A stretch of DNA of 64,000 bases from Opitutales bacterium. Lineage in GTDB: Bacteria; Verrucomicrobiota; Verrucomicrobiia; Opitutales; PNEW01. Positions 41,541-51,961 of the stretch are shown here, piece after piece. The stretch covers positions 1,184,001-1,248,000 of the forward strand of contig CBDANS010000006.1 of NCBI GenBank assembly GCA_965197745.1, given 5' to 3'. The notes below the pieces were generated by a model. That model saw only the letters and a list, made by a program, of their open reading frames with translations. It was not told the DNA's origin and ran no database searches. The position numbers and the translations under genes were made by a program. Each line of letters opens with the position of its first letter. The stretch's first letter is position 1.

Positions 41541-43268
41541 TCAGCCCTTCCCCATTGACCAAAGTGTCAGGCCTTCATGTTTTTCCTTTGCCGGCGCTTT
41601 GAAGAATAACATTGATGCATAACCGACGATCAGAAACGCGATCATGCCGGGAAAAGTAACCCACTGAAAACTCAATTCACCTCCCTCGGTGTAGCGACCA
41701 CAATAATACCATAAGCTCGTGCTTAGTGAATAGGCAGTGGCACATACTGTTACCACCGTGGCGCTGAATGCATATTTTCTCCCACTGACTTTAAGTGCGA
41801 CAGCAAGGACGAGAAATAGAGCAGCTACGCTTAGAGGTATCAAAATCCAGTTAAGGGATATGGCTCCAATCCATCCGCTCTGTGATTTTAAATACCAGGA
41901 AATCATTCCCGAGTTGATCCCGATACCGGTAAACAATCCAAGCCAGATGCCAAAGTTGGTAATCTTTCGTGAGGTCACGGTGATGAAAAAGGCGGGTGCC
42001 AGCAAAATACTGAATGAACCCCAAATCGCGAATGCTTCGGCCACCGTTTCACCCAGATTCGATGCGACTGCCGCAATCGATAAGGCAACGACAATGGCGA
42101 ATGTCCCAATCGCGATAGTCAAAATACGCGCTAACTTAACTTGCCCTTCTTCTGTCGCCGAAGGATTGAGGTATTTCAGGTAAAAGTCCTTGATCACTAC
42201 CGTTGACAGGCTGTTCATTCCCGAATCCAGGGTGGACATCGAAGCGGCCAGCATCGCGGCCAGCATCAATCCCGGTAAAGGGGTTGGCATTTTCGTGGCA
42301 ATAAAAGTGAAAAATGCTCCATCTCCCGAGATCACGCGGGGATCTGCGTTTTGCGCGTAATAGGTAAAGATAGATAAACCCACTAACCAAAGCATGAGGG
42401 TTAATGGAATTTCCAAAAGTGAGTTCATGTATGCGGCCTTCTTCGCTTCTTTATAGGAACCGGTACTTAGCAACCGTTGAATCGTGATCTGATCCACACA
42501 GGGGTAGAAAATTGAGTCTAAAAGAACACTGATTAACATAAACCAGAAACACAGTCGCACATAAGGATCAAAGCGATAAAAATCCGCTTCGGTAAAACGC
42601 TCCGGACCGCGACCATGCTCAAATGAATAGGTCAGCACTCCCATGAAGCCCCCATCCACACTCGCGATGCAGATGATAATGGCTAAGGAGAGTCCACCAA
42701 ACAGGGCAAAGAACTGGAGCACATCGGTCCAGATGACGGCGCGTATACCCCCAAGAACGGTGTAAACAATACCAACAATCGCGACTACCGGGATGGTAAC
42801 CCACACCGACCAACCCGCCGCGCTCTCGAAGACTTTTGCCGAGGCGTAAAGGACCATGGAGATATAAGCGATCCGTATCCAGAAATAAATTAAACTTACT
42901 ACGAGGCGGACTCGGGCATCGTAGCGTCGTTCAAGGTATTCGAAGGGAGTGAAAGATTTAAGCTTGAAGTAGAACCGCACACAGAGAAAAAACCCAAGTA
43001 AAACCGTGATGGGGAATAACAAACTCATCATCCATAAGGATAAACCATTGTTATAGATCTCGCCGGGAACCATTACCATCGAAATGGTACTCGTAATCGA
43101 CATGTAATAGGAGATACCGACCGCCCACCAGGGGATTCTCCGTCCCCCCAGGAGGTATTCTTCACTCGTATTTTCACGGCGTGAAAACCAGTAGCCCATC
43201 CCTACAACTGCACCCATGTAAATTATGATCGTCAGGTAATTGAAAGGTCCCAGGCTTATTTCACTCAT
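41541..43268 (-). CDS. Sodium:solute symporter (SSS), paralog 1
   Basis: Same motifs; tandem paralog of 39712-41445. Confidence 0.9.
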   Translation of the reverse strand: MSEISLGPFNYLTIIIYMGAVVGMGYWFSRRENTSEEYLLGGRRIPWWAVGISYYMSITSTISMVMVPGEIYNNGLSLWMMSLLFPITVLLGFFLCVRFYFKLKSFTPFEYLERRYDARVRLVVSLIYFWIRIAYISMVLYASAKVFESAAGWSVWVTIPVVAIVGIVYTVLGGIRAVIWTDVLQFFALFGGLSLAIIICIASVDGGFMGVLTYSFEHGRGPERFTEADFYRFDPYVRLCFWFMLISVLLDSIFYPCVDQITIQRLLSTGSYKEAKKAAYMNSLLEIPLTLMLWLVGLSIFTYYAQNADPRVISGDGAFFTFIATKMPTPLPGLMLAAMLAASMSTLDSGMNSLSTVVIKDFYLKYLNPSATEEGQVKLARILTIAIGTFAIVVALSIAAVASNLGETVAEAFAIWGSFSILLAPAFFITVTSRKITNFGIWLGLFTGIGINSGMISWYLKSQSGWIGAISLNWILIPLSVAALFLVLAVALKVSGRKYAFSATVVTVCATAYSLSTSLWYYCGRYTEGGELSFQWVTFPGMIAFLIVGYASMLFFKAPAKEKHEGLTLWSMGKG

Positions 43269-43399
43269 GGTTAGAATTCAGATATAATTACTTAGTACAT
43301 AAATTCACTGCAAAGATATGTGTTGGACAATAGGTTGCGATCATTCCAGATGAAAGGTTTTTTATTGGAAAACATGCTTTCATTGAAGGTGCAATAGGC

Positions 43400-43424
43400 G
43401 GAGGGCCACGCTCCGTCGTGGCCG
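43400..43424 (+). repeat. REP-like hairpin GGAGGGCCACG-N-CGTGGCC (related copy 46990-47014)
   Basis: Short palindrome preceded by GG(A/C)G, two related copies. Confidence 0.6.
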
Positions 43425-43516
43425 TTTTATTAATATTGAAAATTATAACGAAATAGAGAGTCGATTCCCCATAGGAAAGACTTGATTGGTAGCCGGCATC
43501 TTAAAGCACGATGTCG

Positions 43517-43590
43517 ATTCGCCTGGAATGGAAGATGTCGTTGCGCTCGGTAGCTTCGTCTCCCGCGGATGCGGATCCTCGCAATGACAA
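43517..43590 (-). repeat. TTGTCATTGCGAG REP arm with 33-bp micro-insertion
   Basis: Reverse strand: ttgtcattgcgagg...gaagc[taccgagcgcaacgacatcttccattccaggcg]aatc. Confidence 0.85.
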
Positions 43591-43599
43591 AGGTGGGAG

Positions 43600-44601
43600 T
43601 TATCGCGGTCTTAAGGGTGAGCTGAACGAGGCGGAGGGTTTGCGAACGACAGGGTTTCCTCTCTCTTTCAGGGCCCCATCAATGCGAGCGAATTGTTCGG
43701 GCGTCAGCTTCCATCCCATAGCACCGGCGTTCTCGCAATTTTGGGCGACCCGCTTGGCGCCACACAAGGCGACAGTGACACCTGGTTGATGAATAGTCCA
43801 GTTGAGGACTAACTGCACCACGGTCTTTCCCGCGTCTTCGGCAATGCCCTTGAGCTTGTCGACGAGATCCAGATTCTTTTGATACTCCTCTCCCTGGAAC
43901 ATGACATACTTCGCACGACCGTCTTCGGGAGGAAAGACATGGTCGCGTTTCAATTTCCCTGCTAACAGCCCTAAGAGCATCGGCCAGTAGACCATCACCG
44001 AGATGTTGCGTTCACGACACCAGGGAAGGGTGTCGTTTTCAATCTCTCGCATGAGCATGTTATAAGGGGGTTGGTAAGCGGAGATCGGACAGACGGCATG
44101 AAACGCTTCGAGTTGGGCCACGTTCATATTCGATGCGCCGACACTTCGCGTTTTTCCTTCTTCCATGAGTTCTTTTAATGCGCCGGCAGATTCGGCGGGT
44201 GGCACATTGGGATCGGGTGAGTGGAGATAAAGCAACTCGACACAATCGGTTTTTAACCGCTGCAGACTTATCTCACACTGACGCTTCAATGTCTCCGGAC
44301 GTCCATCGCGTTCCTGACGTCCATTATCGTTCCAATGAAGCCCCCCTTTGGTGGCGATAACCATCTCATCGCGTCGGTGACCGAGGGCCTGCGCTATCAG
44401 CTGCTCACTTTCACCATTGGGGCCGTAAAGATAAGCGGTATCAATAAAGTTTATGCCATTGTCAAAACAGGATTCAACCGTTGCCAGGCTGTCGGTGTCA
44501 TTGACATCCAGGGTGGTTAAACCCGTGATCGGCCAGCCTCCAAAGGCAATGGGGGAGACTTCTATTCCGGTGCTTCCTATCTGGCGACGTTCCATGGACA
44601 A
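43600..44601 (-). CDS. Aldo/keto reductase
   Basis: FIDTAYLYG, IATKGG, LYLHSPD, GASN. Confidence 0.9.
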   Translation of the reverse strand: MSMERRQIGSTGIEVSPIAFGGWPITGLTTLDVNDTDSLATVESCFDNGINFIDTAYLYGPNGESEQLIAQALGHRRDEMVIATKGGLHWNDNGRQERDGRPETLKRQCEISLQRLKTDCVELLYLHSPDPNVPPAESAGALKELMEEGKTRSVGASNMNVAQLEAFHAVCPISAYQPPYNMLMREIENDTLPWCRERNISVMVYWPMLLGLLAGKLKRDHVFPPEDGRAKYVMFQGEEYQKNLDLVDKLKGIAEDAGKTVVQLVLNWTIHQPGVTVALCGAKRVAQNCENAGAMGWKLTPEQFARIDGALKERGNPVVRKPSASFSSPLRPR

Positions 44602-44681
44602 TTATGGTTTTAAACATTCAAGTCGTATTTATAAACGTCAAGAGAAGAAGCTTTCCACCTCAACTCTGGAGCGAATAAAAA

Positions 44682-44937
44682 AACCGCTGAGGCACAAAGA
44701 GCGCTGAGATTTTAATTTAGGGTTTTCTGAAATCAGTTATCAATACTTTAACTCAGCAGGGAAAAAAAATTAACCACAGATAACACGGATAGATACGGAT
44801 GCAGAGGCATAGAATGAAAATTCGACACAAAAGAGCATAGGTAATGAACCTTGTTTCGGCTTTTGAAATACTTATCCGCTTAATCCGTGTAATCTGCGGT
44901 ATTATTTACTTCTGCGCTCTCTGCGCCTCAGCGGTTA
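44682..44937. repeat. Nested inverted repeats of two REP-like families
   Basis: Outer aaccgctgaggc.../...gcctcagcggtt; inner aaccacagataacacggat (44772)/atccgtgtaatctgcggtt (to 44901). Confidence 0.8.
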
Positions 44938-44942
44938 CTAAC

Positions 44943-45926
44943 TCAATCTTTCTCGTCTATCGCCTGCATCAATGCATGCAGATAACCATAGCAGTAGGCG
45001 AATCCGACACGACCCGCTTCATCACCATCAATCCCTGGCACATGGTCCGGCATTACCATGTAGGGATATCCGACTTCTTTATAGACGCGTAGAGCTTTTA
45101 ACATGTCAACCTCACCCTCGTCCGGAAACACTTCAACGAAATCGAGAAACCCACCCTTTATATTGCGGAAGTGAAGATTAAAAATCTTATTCCGTTCACC
45201 GAAATATCTTATGATCTTAAAGATTTCTTCACCCGGATTAGTCAGCATTTCCGAGATCGTGCCCTGGCAAAAATTCAAACCGTGCCAGGGGTTCTCGTGC
45301 ATGGACACATATTTTTTAAGCCCATCGACGGTCCCCATCACCCTGGCTACGCCCCGGTAAGTATCGTCGCCGATGCCGGGGTCCTGCGGATGACAGGCCA
45401 ATTGAACCTTATATTCTTCGGCTACCGGGACTACCCGTTCCAGCCAGTAATCGATGCGCTCCCACATCGTGTCGGCATCCGCGGCTCCCCCTTCGAATTC
45501 ACCCAGTGATTGATCTAATTTTTGGTAATCGAATGATGAGAGCTCAGCGCCCCCCCGGCCGTGACGGGATTCCGTTCTCAGGTGCCCGAGAATGGTAATA
45601 TTATAATTAACTCCGCGCAGACCGGCAGCGGAGGCCATTTGAATGATTTCGCAAGCACCATCGATCTCTCGCTCGCGCTCGTCGCTCGGGCCGAGAAAAA
45701 TATGAGACATTTCTCTTTCAAAAGCCGATCGTGAGCTGAGGGGAAGATGAATCATTTCCACGGTGATTCCGTGTTTGGCGTAATTCTCCCGTATGGAAGT
45801 TAAAGAATCGACTGACCATTCTCTCCAGGGTTCCTGCGGTGTGACATCGACATGCTCGACTCCCAACTGAGATAATTGTAGGATGTCCGTTTCATGTCGG
45901 TCGGTATATTGTGTGCCTAAGTACAT
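44943..45926 (-). CDS. Mannonate dehydratase (UxuA)-like protein
   Basis: LACHPQDP, GLNFCQG, HFRNI, MPDHVP. Confidence 0.85.
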   Translation of the reverse strand: MYLGTQYTDRHETDILQLSQLGVEHVDVTPQEPWREWSVDSLTSIRENYAKHGITVEMIHLPLSSRSAFEREMSHIFLGPSDEREREIDGACEIIQMASAAGLRGVNYNITILGHLRTESRHGRGGAELSSFDYQKLDQSLGEFEGGAADADTMWERIDYWLERVVPVAEEYKVQLACHPQDPGIGDDTYRGVARVMGTVDGLKKYVSMHENPWHGLNFCQGTISEMLTNPGEEIFKIIRYFGERNKIFNLHFRNIKGGFLDFVEVFPDEGEVDMLKALRVYKEVGYPYMVMPDHVPGIDGDEAGRVGFAYCYGYLHALMQAIDEKD

Positions 45927-45976
45927 GCGAAGTCTCTTAAAACAATGTCACGAATCATGCAATTGAGGAATTTGGG

Positions 45977-46084
45977 TTGATTCACCGCAGAGTCGCGGAG
46001 AACGCAGAGATAAAATTTTAAAATCAAGAAAAACAAACCCTAAATTAAATTCTCAGCGCCCTCTGCGCCTCTGCGGTGAATCAA
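45977..46084. repeat. Inverted repeat unit with perfect 16-bp ends TTGATTCACCGCAGAG
   Basis: 45977-45992 is the reverse complement of 46069-46084; internal 9-nt periodic cgcagag motifs. Confidence 0.85.
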
Positions 46085-46088
46085 GAAG

Positions 46089-46874
46089 TTACTTCACAAA
46101 ACGCTTGAGGTGATCCCGCAGGACTTGCTCGCCACCGAGTTTTACTAATTCACCGTCTTCCGCGGTGAGCAGCAGCTGTATCCCTTCGGCGTTTTTCTCA
46201 ATCCACTCGGCGGCCTGGTTGAGCTCGCCAAATGAATCCACCGCGATGCCGGCTGCTTTATTATTGTCTTTCGCCGCCTTCACGATACGCGATATCGCGG
46301 ACTTAAAATCGGGATGATCCCACTGCTGAAAACAACCCATGCCGAGGGAGAGATCGGAAGGGCCAATGAAAACAGAGTCCAATCCCTCCAATTGCGCGAC
46401 TTCTTCAATCACATCGAGGAGGCTGGTCAATTCTACCTGGACCATGACGATGACATTGTCATTCCAGTTTTCAAAATAGCTGTCGTCCGCTCCATAGTTC
46501 GAAGCCGCCTTCGGTCCGAATCCGCGAATCCCCTCGGGAGGGTATTTGCAGCTGGCAATAGCCCGCTTCGCATCTTCTACCGTCCCGACTAGAGGAACGA
46601 GAACGCCCTGAGCGCCATGGTCTAAAACCTGTTTAATAACGTCGGGTCGGTTATCCTCAACGCGAACGAGGGGCACGGTTTCGGAATCTCTGAACATCCA
46701 TAATATCTCGCGCAAAGACTCGGTGTTGCGCGGGGCATGTTCATTATCGATGATCACATAATCAAAACCAACCCTCGCCAGGTTGACTGCAATGAGCGCA
46801 TCCGACGACGTCGACCAGCCGCCTACACTGATTTTACCCTCACGCCATTTGTTCTTTAATTCCCGTCCCGTCAT
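46089..46874 (-). CDS. HpcH/HpaI aldolase family
   Basis: IDNEH, YPPEGIRGFG, FIGPSDLS; ATG 46874 preferred start. Confidence 0.9.
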   Translation of the reverse strand: MTGRELKNKWREGKISVGGWSTSSDALIAVNLARVGFDYVIIDNEHAPRNTESLREILWMFRDSETVPLVRVEDNRPDVIKQVLDHGAQGVLVPLVGTVEDAKRAIASCKYPPEGIRGFGPKAASNYGADDSYFENWNDNVIVMVQVELTSLLDVIEEVAQLEGLDSVFIGPSDLSLGMGCFQQWDHPDFKSAISRIVKAAKDNNKAAGIAVDSFGELNQAAEWIEKNAEGIQLLLTAEDGELVKLGGEQVLRDHLKRFVK

Positions 46875-47030
46875 CGCTGTGAATGGATAGTTATATTTCT
46901 TTGTCTCCGAAATCAAGCTGTATCTATGGATAAGGAAAATGAGTATAAGCGAACAAGCGTGAATGCGGATTCGATGCAGGAACCAAATTGGCGGGCCACG
47001 CATCGTCGTGGTCGCGCAATACCTAAATTC

Positions 47031-47102
47031 TCATTGCGAGGATCCCGCAGTTGCGGGTGACGCGGCTACCGAGCGCAACGACATCTTCCATTCCAGGCGA
47101 AT
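47031..47102 (+). repeat. TCATTGCGAG REP arm with 33-bp micro-insertion
   Basis: tcattgcgaggatcccgcagttgcgggtgacgcggc[taccgagcgcaacgacatcttccattccaggcg]aat. Confidence 0.85.
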
Positions 47103-47211
47103 ATACGTTATGTATACACTATCAACGGATTCCAGATAACAACTGGCACCGCAGTCTAAACTAGTTTAAGAATAACAATTGGCTTTTATAGCATGAACCT
47201 TGCGCTATCCA

Positions 47212-48402
47212 CTATTCAGGCTTTCCAAGGAAGTTAAACGTCGACGTCGTTATTTTTAAAATATCACCGTCATCATTAATGCCATCAGCCCAAGTCCCCT
47301 GCTGCACTAATACAAGGAATAGAGTATATTCACCGATTGGTTCTACTCCAGACCAAACATATTGGAAAACACTGAAGTTATCGACAATGAATGGATTAAT
47401 CAGATCTACCCCGGCTACGAAGGGAGTAAGGGTTGAGAAATCAGATAAGTTTCCCTGTGTAATTGTGGATCCACTGTTACTAATGCAGAATATTATTCCA
47501 AAGGGGCAACCCATTCCCACATAAATGTCAACGAATACATCTACGCCATGATTGTTTACATTCATGGTTATATTCATGGGATCGCCAATATTATATTCAT
47601 CCTGATCTGCATTGATGTTACTTTCAAACAATATATCTATATCATCTGGAATGGATATGGCAATTGGGCCCTGAACAACGGCATAGCCTAGGTTAGGACG
47701 GTCATCTTTTCTGATATCTTGTTTGCCCGTTTTGGTTGCTGAAAGAACACATCCAGTATCAATGCTTAACCCTGACACCAGTGCTGATTGATCGAATGTG
47801 ACCGAGACAATGCGGCAGATGGTGCCTCCATCTCCATTATCGTCGTCGTCACCGTCATCATCATCACCTTCGTCACCGTCATCGTCATCACCTTCGTCAC
47901 CGTCATCGTCACCGTCATCGTCGTCGTCGCTGTCATCAAATTCAAACTTAATTCCCTTTATCTGGGTTGTTGGATCATTGCTTGCTATTTCGCAATCGCC
48001 TTCTCCATCAAATCCACATTCTACGACGAAGTCATTTAAGGTATTACCCTCGGCTAAAAATGGTTTAATTTGGTCAAGTGCAAGTACCCAATGGCCAAGA
48101 TCTTTTACCTGTGGACTCTGTTTGCATATATCATAAATAAATGTAACGAAATTTTCTTCAACCTCTACTGTCAACAGCTCAACACTGAACTTGCCGTTAT
48201 CAGTAATCGCCGGGTTGTCGTCACAGTTTGAAACTTCAGGGAGTTCTACTTCAGTATCGGGTGGTTTACCCTTCGAATGATCATCTTTATGTTCGGCGTA
48301 TGATACTACGCCAGTCAACATAACCAGGCTAATTACGACTGGAAAATAAATTAAAAACTTTCGAATAATAGAAATGGGCACTCTGCTTATATAGCTGAAC
48401 AA
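47212..48402 (-). CDS. Secreted acidic hypothetical protein with Asp/Gly-rich tract
   Basis: Hydrophobic N-terminal segment; DDDDGDEG repeats from a 24-bp tandem unit at 47861-47908. Confidence 0.7.
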   Translation of the reverse strand: MFSYISRVPISIIRKFLIYFPVVISLVMLTGVVSYAEHKDDHSKGKPPDTEVELPEVSNCDDNPAITDNGKFSVELLTVEVEENFVTFIYDICKQSPQVKDLGHWVLALDQIKPFLAEGNTLNDFVVECGFDGEGDCEIASNDPTTQIKGIKFEFDDSDDDDDGDDDGDEGDDDDGDEGDDDDGDDDDNGDGGTICRIVSVTFDQSALVSGLSIDTGCVLSATKTGKQDIRKDDRPNLGYAVVQGPIAISIPDDIDILFESNINADQDEYNIGDPMNITMNVNNHGVDVFVDIYVGMGCPFGIIFCISNSGSTITQGNLSDFSTLTPFVAGVDLINPFIVDNFSVFQYVWSGVEPIGEYTLFLVLVQQGTWADGINDDGDILKITTSTFNFLGKPE

Positions 48403-48612
48403 TGATAATTATCCTTTCTTAAACTTGTGATAATTGCTTATCGTGTAAAGCGACATATGGTGAAAAAACATCATTTTTGTTGTTATTAGGTATAACGTAT
48501 AAATCCCTATGTAGTATAAGCTCAGCTTAGATTATTGTATAATAAAACGGAGCCGGGACGCTGAAGTAAATCGGGAAACAGTCGTATCATAAAACGGAAA
48601 ATAGCAATGGCA

Positions 48613-50905
48613 TCACTCAATCGTGATCTCATCGGTTGTCACTGAAATCTCATCCCCGTCCTCGTTGGCGAAAGTGGCATCGATACTCTGGGTCGGTTGA
48701 GGGGTGTTATCGGACTTGAAGTTGTTTTGAGTGATCAAAGTCTCAAACCCGGGTATCGTCGATCCACTCTCCGCGACGACGATTGAAGCTCCGTTCGTCT
48801 GCGAAAGGTCGCCACCTGTGATCCGCAAACCGGGGTTGCCCGCCGGCACTGTGAAAGAACCCCCTCCAAACAGAAGGTGGGGTACCGCGTCGCCACTGGC
48901 ATCGATGTCGCCCACGGTAATGCGTACTGCGATCGGCACCCCGCGCGCATCCACGCCGGTCTTGCCGGTGCTTCCCGAAAAAACAGTGTTCGACAGCTGC
49001 ATCCCTCCCATTCCAGTGGAATTTATTACTTCCACCAGGGTCACATCCGCCTGTGCATCATAAACTTGCCCCTCGGGGAAGAGGGCCTGGTTCACGGCAT
49101 TGATGGATCCTACGGTGAAGATACTGAAGAAGGTACTGGAGTCCGCACCGTCGATGACCACGCTCGGTTTGCCCGTAACGTATTCTACTGCCTGGTTGTA
49201 GCGTGGGGGAATAGCAGGGGGCAGGAAGGTAGCCGGGGCGAGGGTTACGGTAAAGGATCCTGCACCCGAGAACTCTACCTGCACAATGTCCTCGGTTTCA
49301 TCCATAAAGGAGACCCGGGTAATTTGACCCGGCCTGGCTTGGAGCTGGATCGTTTCACCGGTAAGTAGAATCTGGTCGAAGATGTTTCCATTCGGATGCT
49401 GGATGTTCTCTCCCGCGATATCGCCTGTACCGTCAAGTACCAGAGGGACGGAGGGTGCCGCTACAGTGATGACTGCCGTTTCACTGTTTGCGTTGCCGCC
49501 GGCATTGGTAATTTGCACCCAGAAATTCGTGCTAACGGTGAGAGAACCCGTGGTCAAGGTGCCGCTCGTGGCCCCGGTGACAGGATTCGCGGAGTCACTG
49601 CTGTTGCCGGAAAACCATTGGTAGGTAAGATCATCGCCGCTTGCCGCTACTGATAAAACAACAGCCGTTCCGGTTTGCACTTTCTGGCTCGCAGGTTGGG
49701 TAGTGATGGAGGGGGCACTCGGTCCTCCTCCGTCGCTCGGTGCGCCGATCGGGGTGAAGCCTATATCATCGATGGCAATATTTAAAAATGAGCCGGATGC
49801 CGTCACCGTTTGAGGGTTTATGTAGCGAATTTCACCAATGCCCCCCCGGAGCACCCAGTTCCTCTGCAACGAATGAGAACACCTCGAAAGGTGCCTCATT
49901 GACATCAAACATGTTCAGAGGGATGTCCGTAGTCGAGAGGAGTAAATTTCCCTCTGCGTCATAAACTTCTAATTCGCCATCCCCTTGCTCTATAACCGCG
50001 GCGTAAAATTCAACTTTGGCAGCTGGAGTTTCAAAAGTAATTATCCCGGTCCCTTCGTCCGGAACTTGCCAGGATCCTCCACCTACATCACCGGTAGGTT
50101 CACCGCCTTCAGAGGATAAAGGTAGGGTGTGGTTAAATCTATAAAATGTCGAAGCAATAATGGTTGAGACGATACCACCGGTAAAGGTGGCCGTAACCGG
50201 AGGTGTTCCCAGCGTGAAATTTACACGGTTTACAAAAGTGCTGAAGATAGGATGATTATCCAGACCTGAAAAATCTTCGAATACGGTATTGTTAGGCGGT
50301 CCATCGACATAAGAAAATCCCAGGTCATCAAGGGCGACGGCTCCACCTGGATTAACTATTTTAATTTCTTTTATTCCGTTCGTAAAATTGAGGTCGGTAG
50401 TGATGTTGGTATCTCTAATGAAGGCGACAAAACTTTGTAGAGGGGGATTAGCACCCGGGCTGATATTGGCGGGTAGGCCTTCAACTACACCTGGATCCGC
50501 CAGAATAATAAAGTTTTTATCTCTTAACTCGATTCGACTCCCGCTCTGGGTATCCACCGCAAAGAACTGAAGTAAGTTAACCCCTCTTTCGAAGACGATT
50601 TTTCCCTCTGAGGCACCTGGAGCCAGGACTAATGCCTGGGTACCTGAATGAGCGAGCGCAGGGTCAGTTACGGTTTCCAAGGAAAAATTAAAAACCTGGA
50701 TACTGTTCGGGGATTCACCAAAAACAAATGTAGTACCCTCTGCTGATACCCCTTCAAAATCGAAGAAATTATCCAGGTTCTGTTGGGCTGCAAGGTATGA
50801 CGGCCAAAGAAGGATGAGTATTAAACAGAGTTGAATATATTTAGTGAACATAAGCTGCTTCCTGTCAGATTTTATCAGATCTCCCAATTTTACAAAAGAG
50901 CGCAC
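48613..50905 (-). CDS. Secreted multidomain protein (two tandem N-terminal repeats, Ig I-set-like domain, shared C-terminal domain), split by +1 frameshift at C7 49841-49847
   Basis: ORFs 49832-50905 and 48613-49908 join to AEELGAPGGIGEI, matching paralog AEELGAPGGIGKI; likely start ATG 50851. Confidence 0.85.
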
Positions 50906-50997
50906 TTACTAGCCACCAGACTGTTGAAAGTCAAGGGAGGTTCCCTGCCAATGACGATTGCGTCGAATGATAATTTTAAATTGAAAACCGTCAGTTA

Positions 50998-51060
50998 CAA
51001 TCCGCAATCGTACCGAGGACGAAGGCCGACATCTTACAAATCAGCAATCCGCAATCGAAT
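50998..51060 (+). repeat. AATCCGC/AATCAGC heptamer repeat containing a micro-insertion (51011-51037)
   Basis: caatccgcaatcg[taccgaggacgaaggccgacatcttac]aaatcagcaatccgcaatcg. Confidence 0.65.
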
Positions 51061-51063
51061 GTC

Positions 51064-51756
51064 TCAGGTATTTAAAATACCTTTGCGTCTATAGACTATG
51101 GCAACAACAAGCGCGTATATTACGTGATTTATCCAGCTGATCACGCTGGTCTTGACGATGCCATTCCCACCATCTTGAGCAGCCATTTCAGGTTCGACAA
51201 GGTCTTCACTAGGGAGAGGTGCTTCCGCGACAGCTTCTGTGGGGCTATTGGATTCGCTCGAATCAACATTTTCGCCGACTTCCTCAGCTGCGTCCACACT
51301 GGCCATTTCCTCTTCCGTGAGGGGGATATCGATGCTAACTTCTGCTTGCGGAAGGTCGGCATTGCTAAAGGCCAGATTAGTGAGAACGGGTAAACCGAGT
51401 ACCGCGATAACACTTAATACGGTTCCGTAAAGAACACCTTTTAGAATTTGAGAAGCGCCGAGCGGAGAAATAAGCCCGGCATAGATCACGCCGTAAAAAA
51501 TACCAATCACTAAATGAAAGGCGCCACCTACAAGGTAGTGGCTTAACTGTCCTGCCCCCGTTCCCATGAACTTGGTTCCAAGCATGATGATATCGCCCAG
51601 ATCCTTCATGATATTCAGACCGAAAAGGGCCATGGTCCCGGTCATTACCGCGGTAGCAATTATACTGGCAATAATTGCGCGACCCCATCTCAAGCCCTGT
51701 CTTATATCAAATGCCGTCTGGCTGGACGCTCTGTGAGGAGGGGGATTTTCTTCCAT
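51064..51756 (-). CDS. Hypothetical 4-TM membrane protein with acidic loop
   Basis: ATAVMT, HLVIGIFYGVIY, NHVIYAL. Confidence 0.7.
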   Translation of the reverse strand: MEENPPPHRASSQTAFDIRQGLRWGRAIIASIIATAVMTGTMALFGLNIMKDLGDIIMLGTKFMGTGAGQLSHYLVGGAFHLVIGIFYGVIYAGLISPLGASQILKGVLYGTVLSVIAVLGLPVLTNLAFSNADLPQAEVSIDIPLTEEEMASVDAAEEVGENVDSSESNSPTEAVAEAPLPSEDLVEPEMAAQDGGNGIVKTSVISWINHVIYALVVAIVYRRKGILNT

Positions 51757-51961
51757 AATGGATAACCGGATTTTGGATATTATTGATTGAAGTAAAACGA
51801 CAGGCTAATGTTTAAATGAATATTTATTCTCAACCAAGATTTTTTTTATATTTTTAAGCGTTTATTAATATGACCTCACAATTTACCGACTGCGGCTTCG
51901 TTAGGTTATGGAGCCAGGTGGATAACTCCTTTGAATAAAACGATTAATGTCGGTTGATGAA

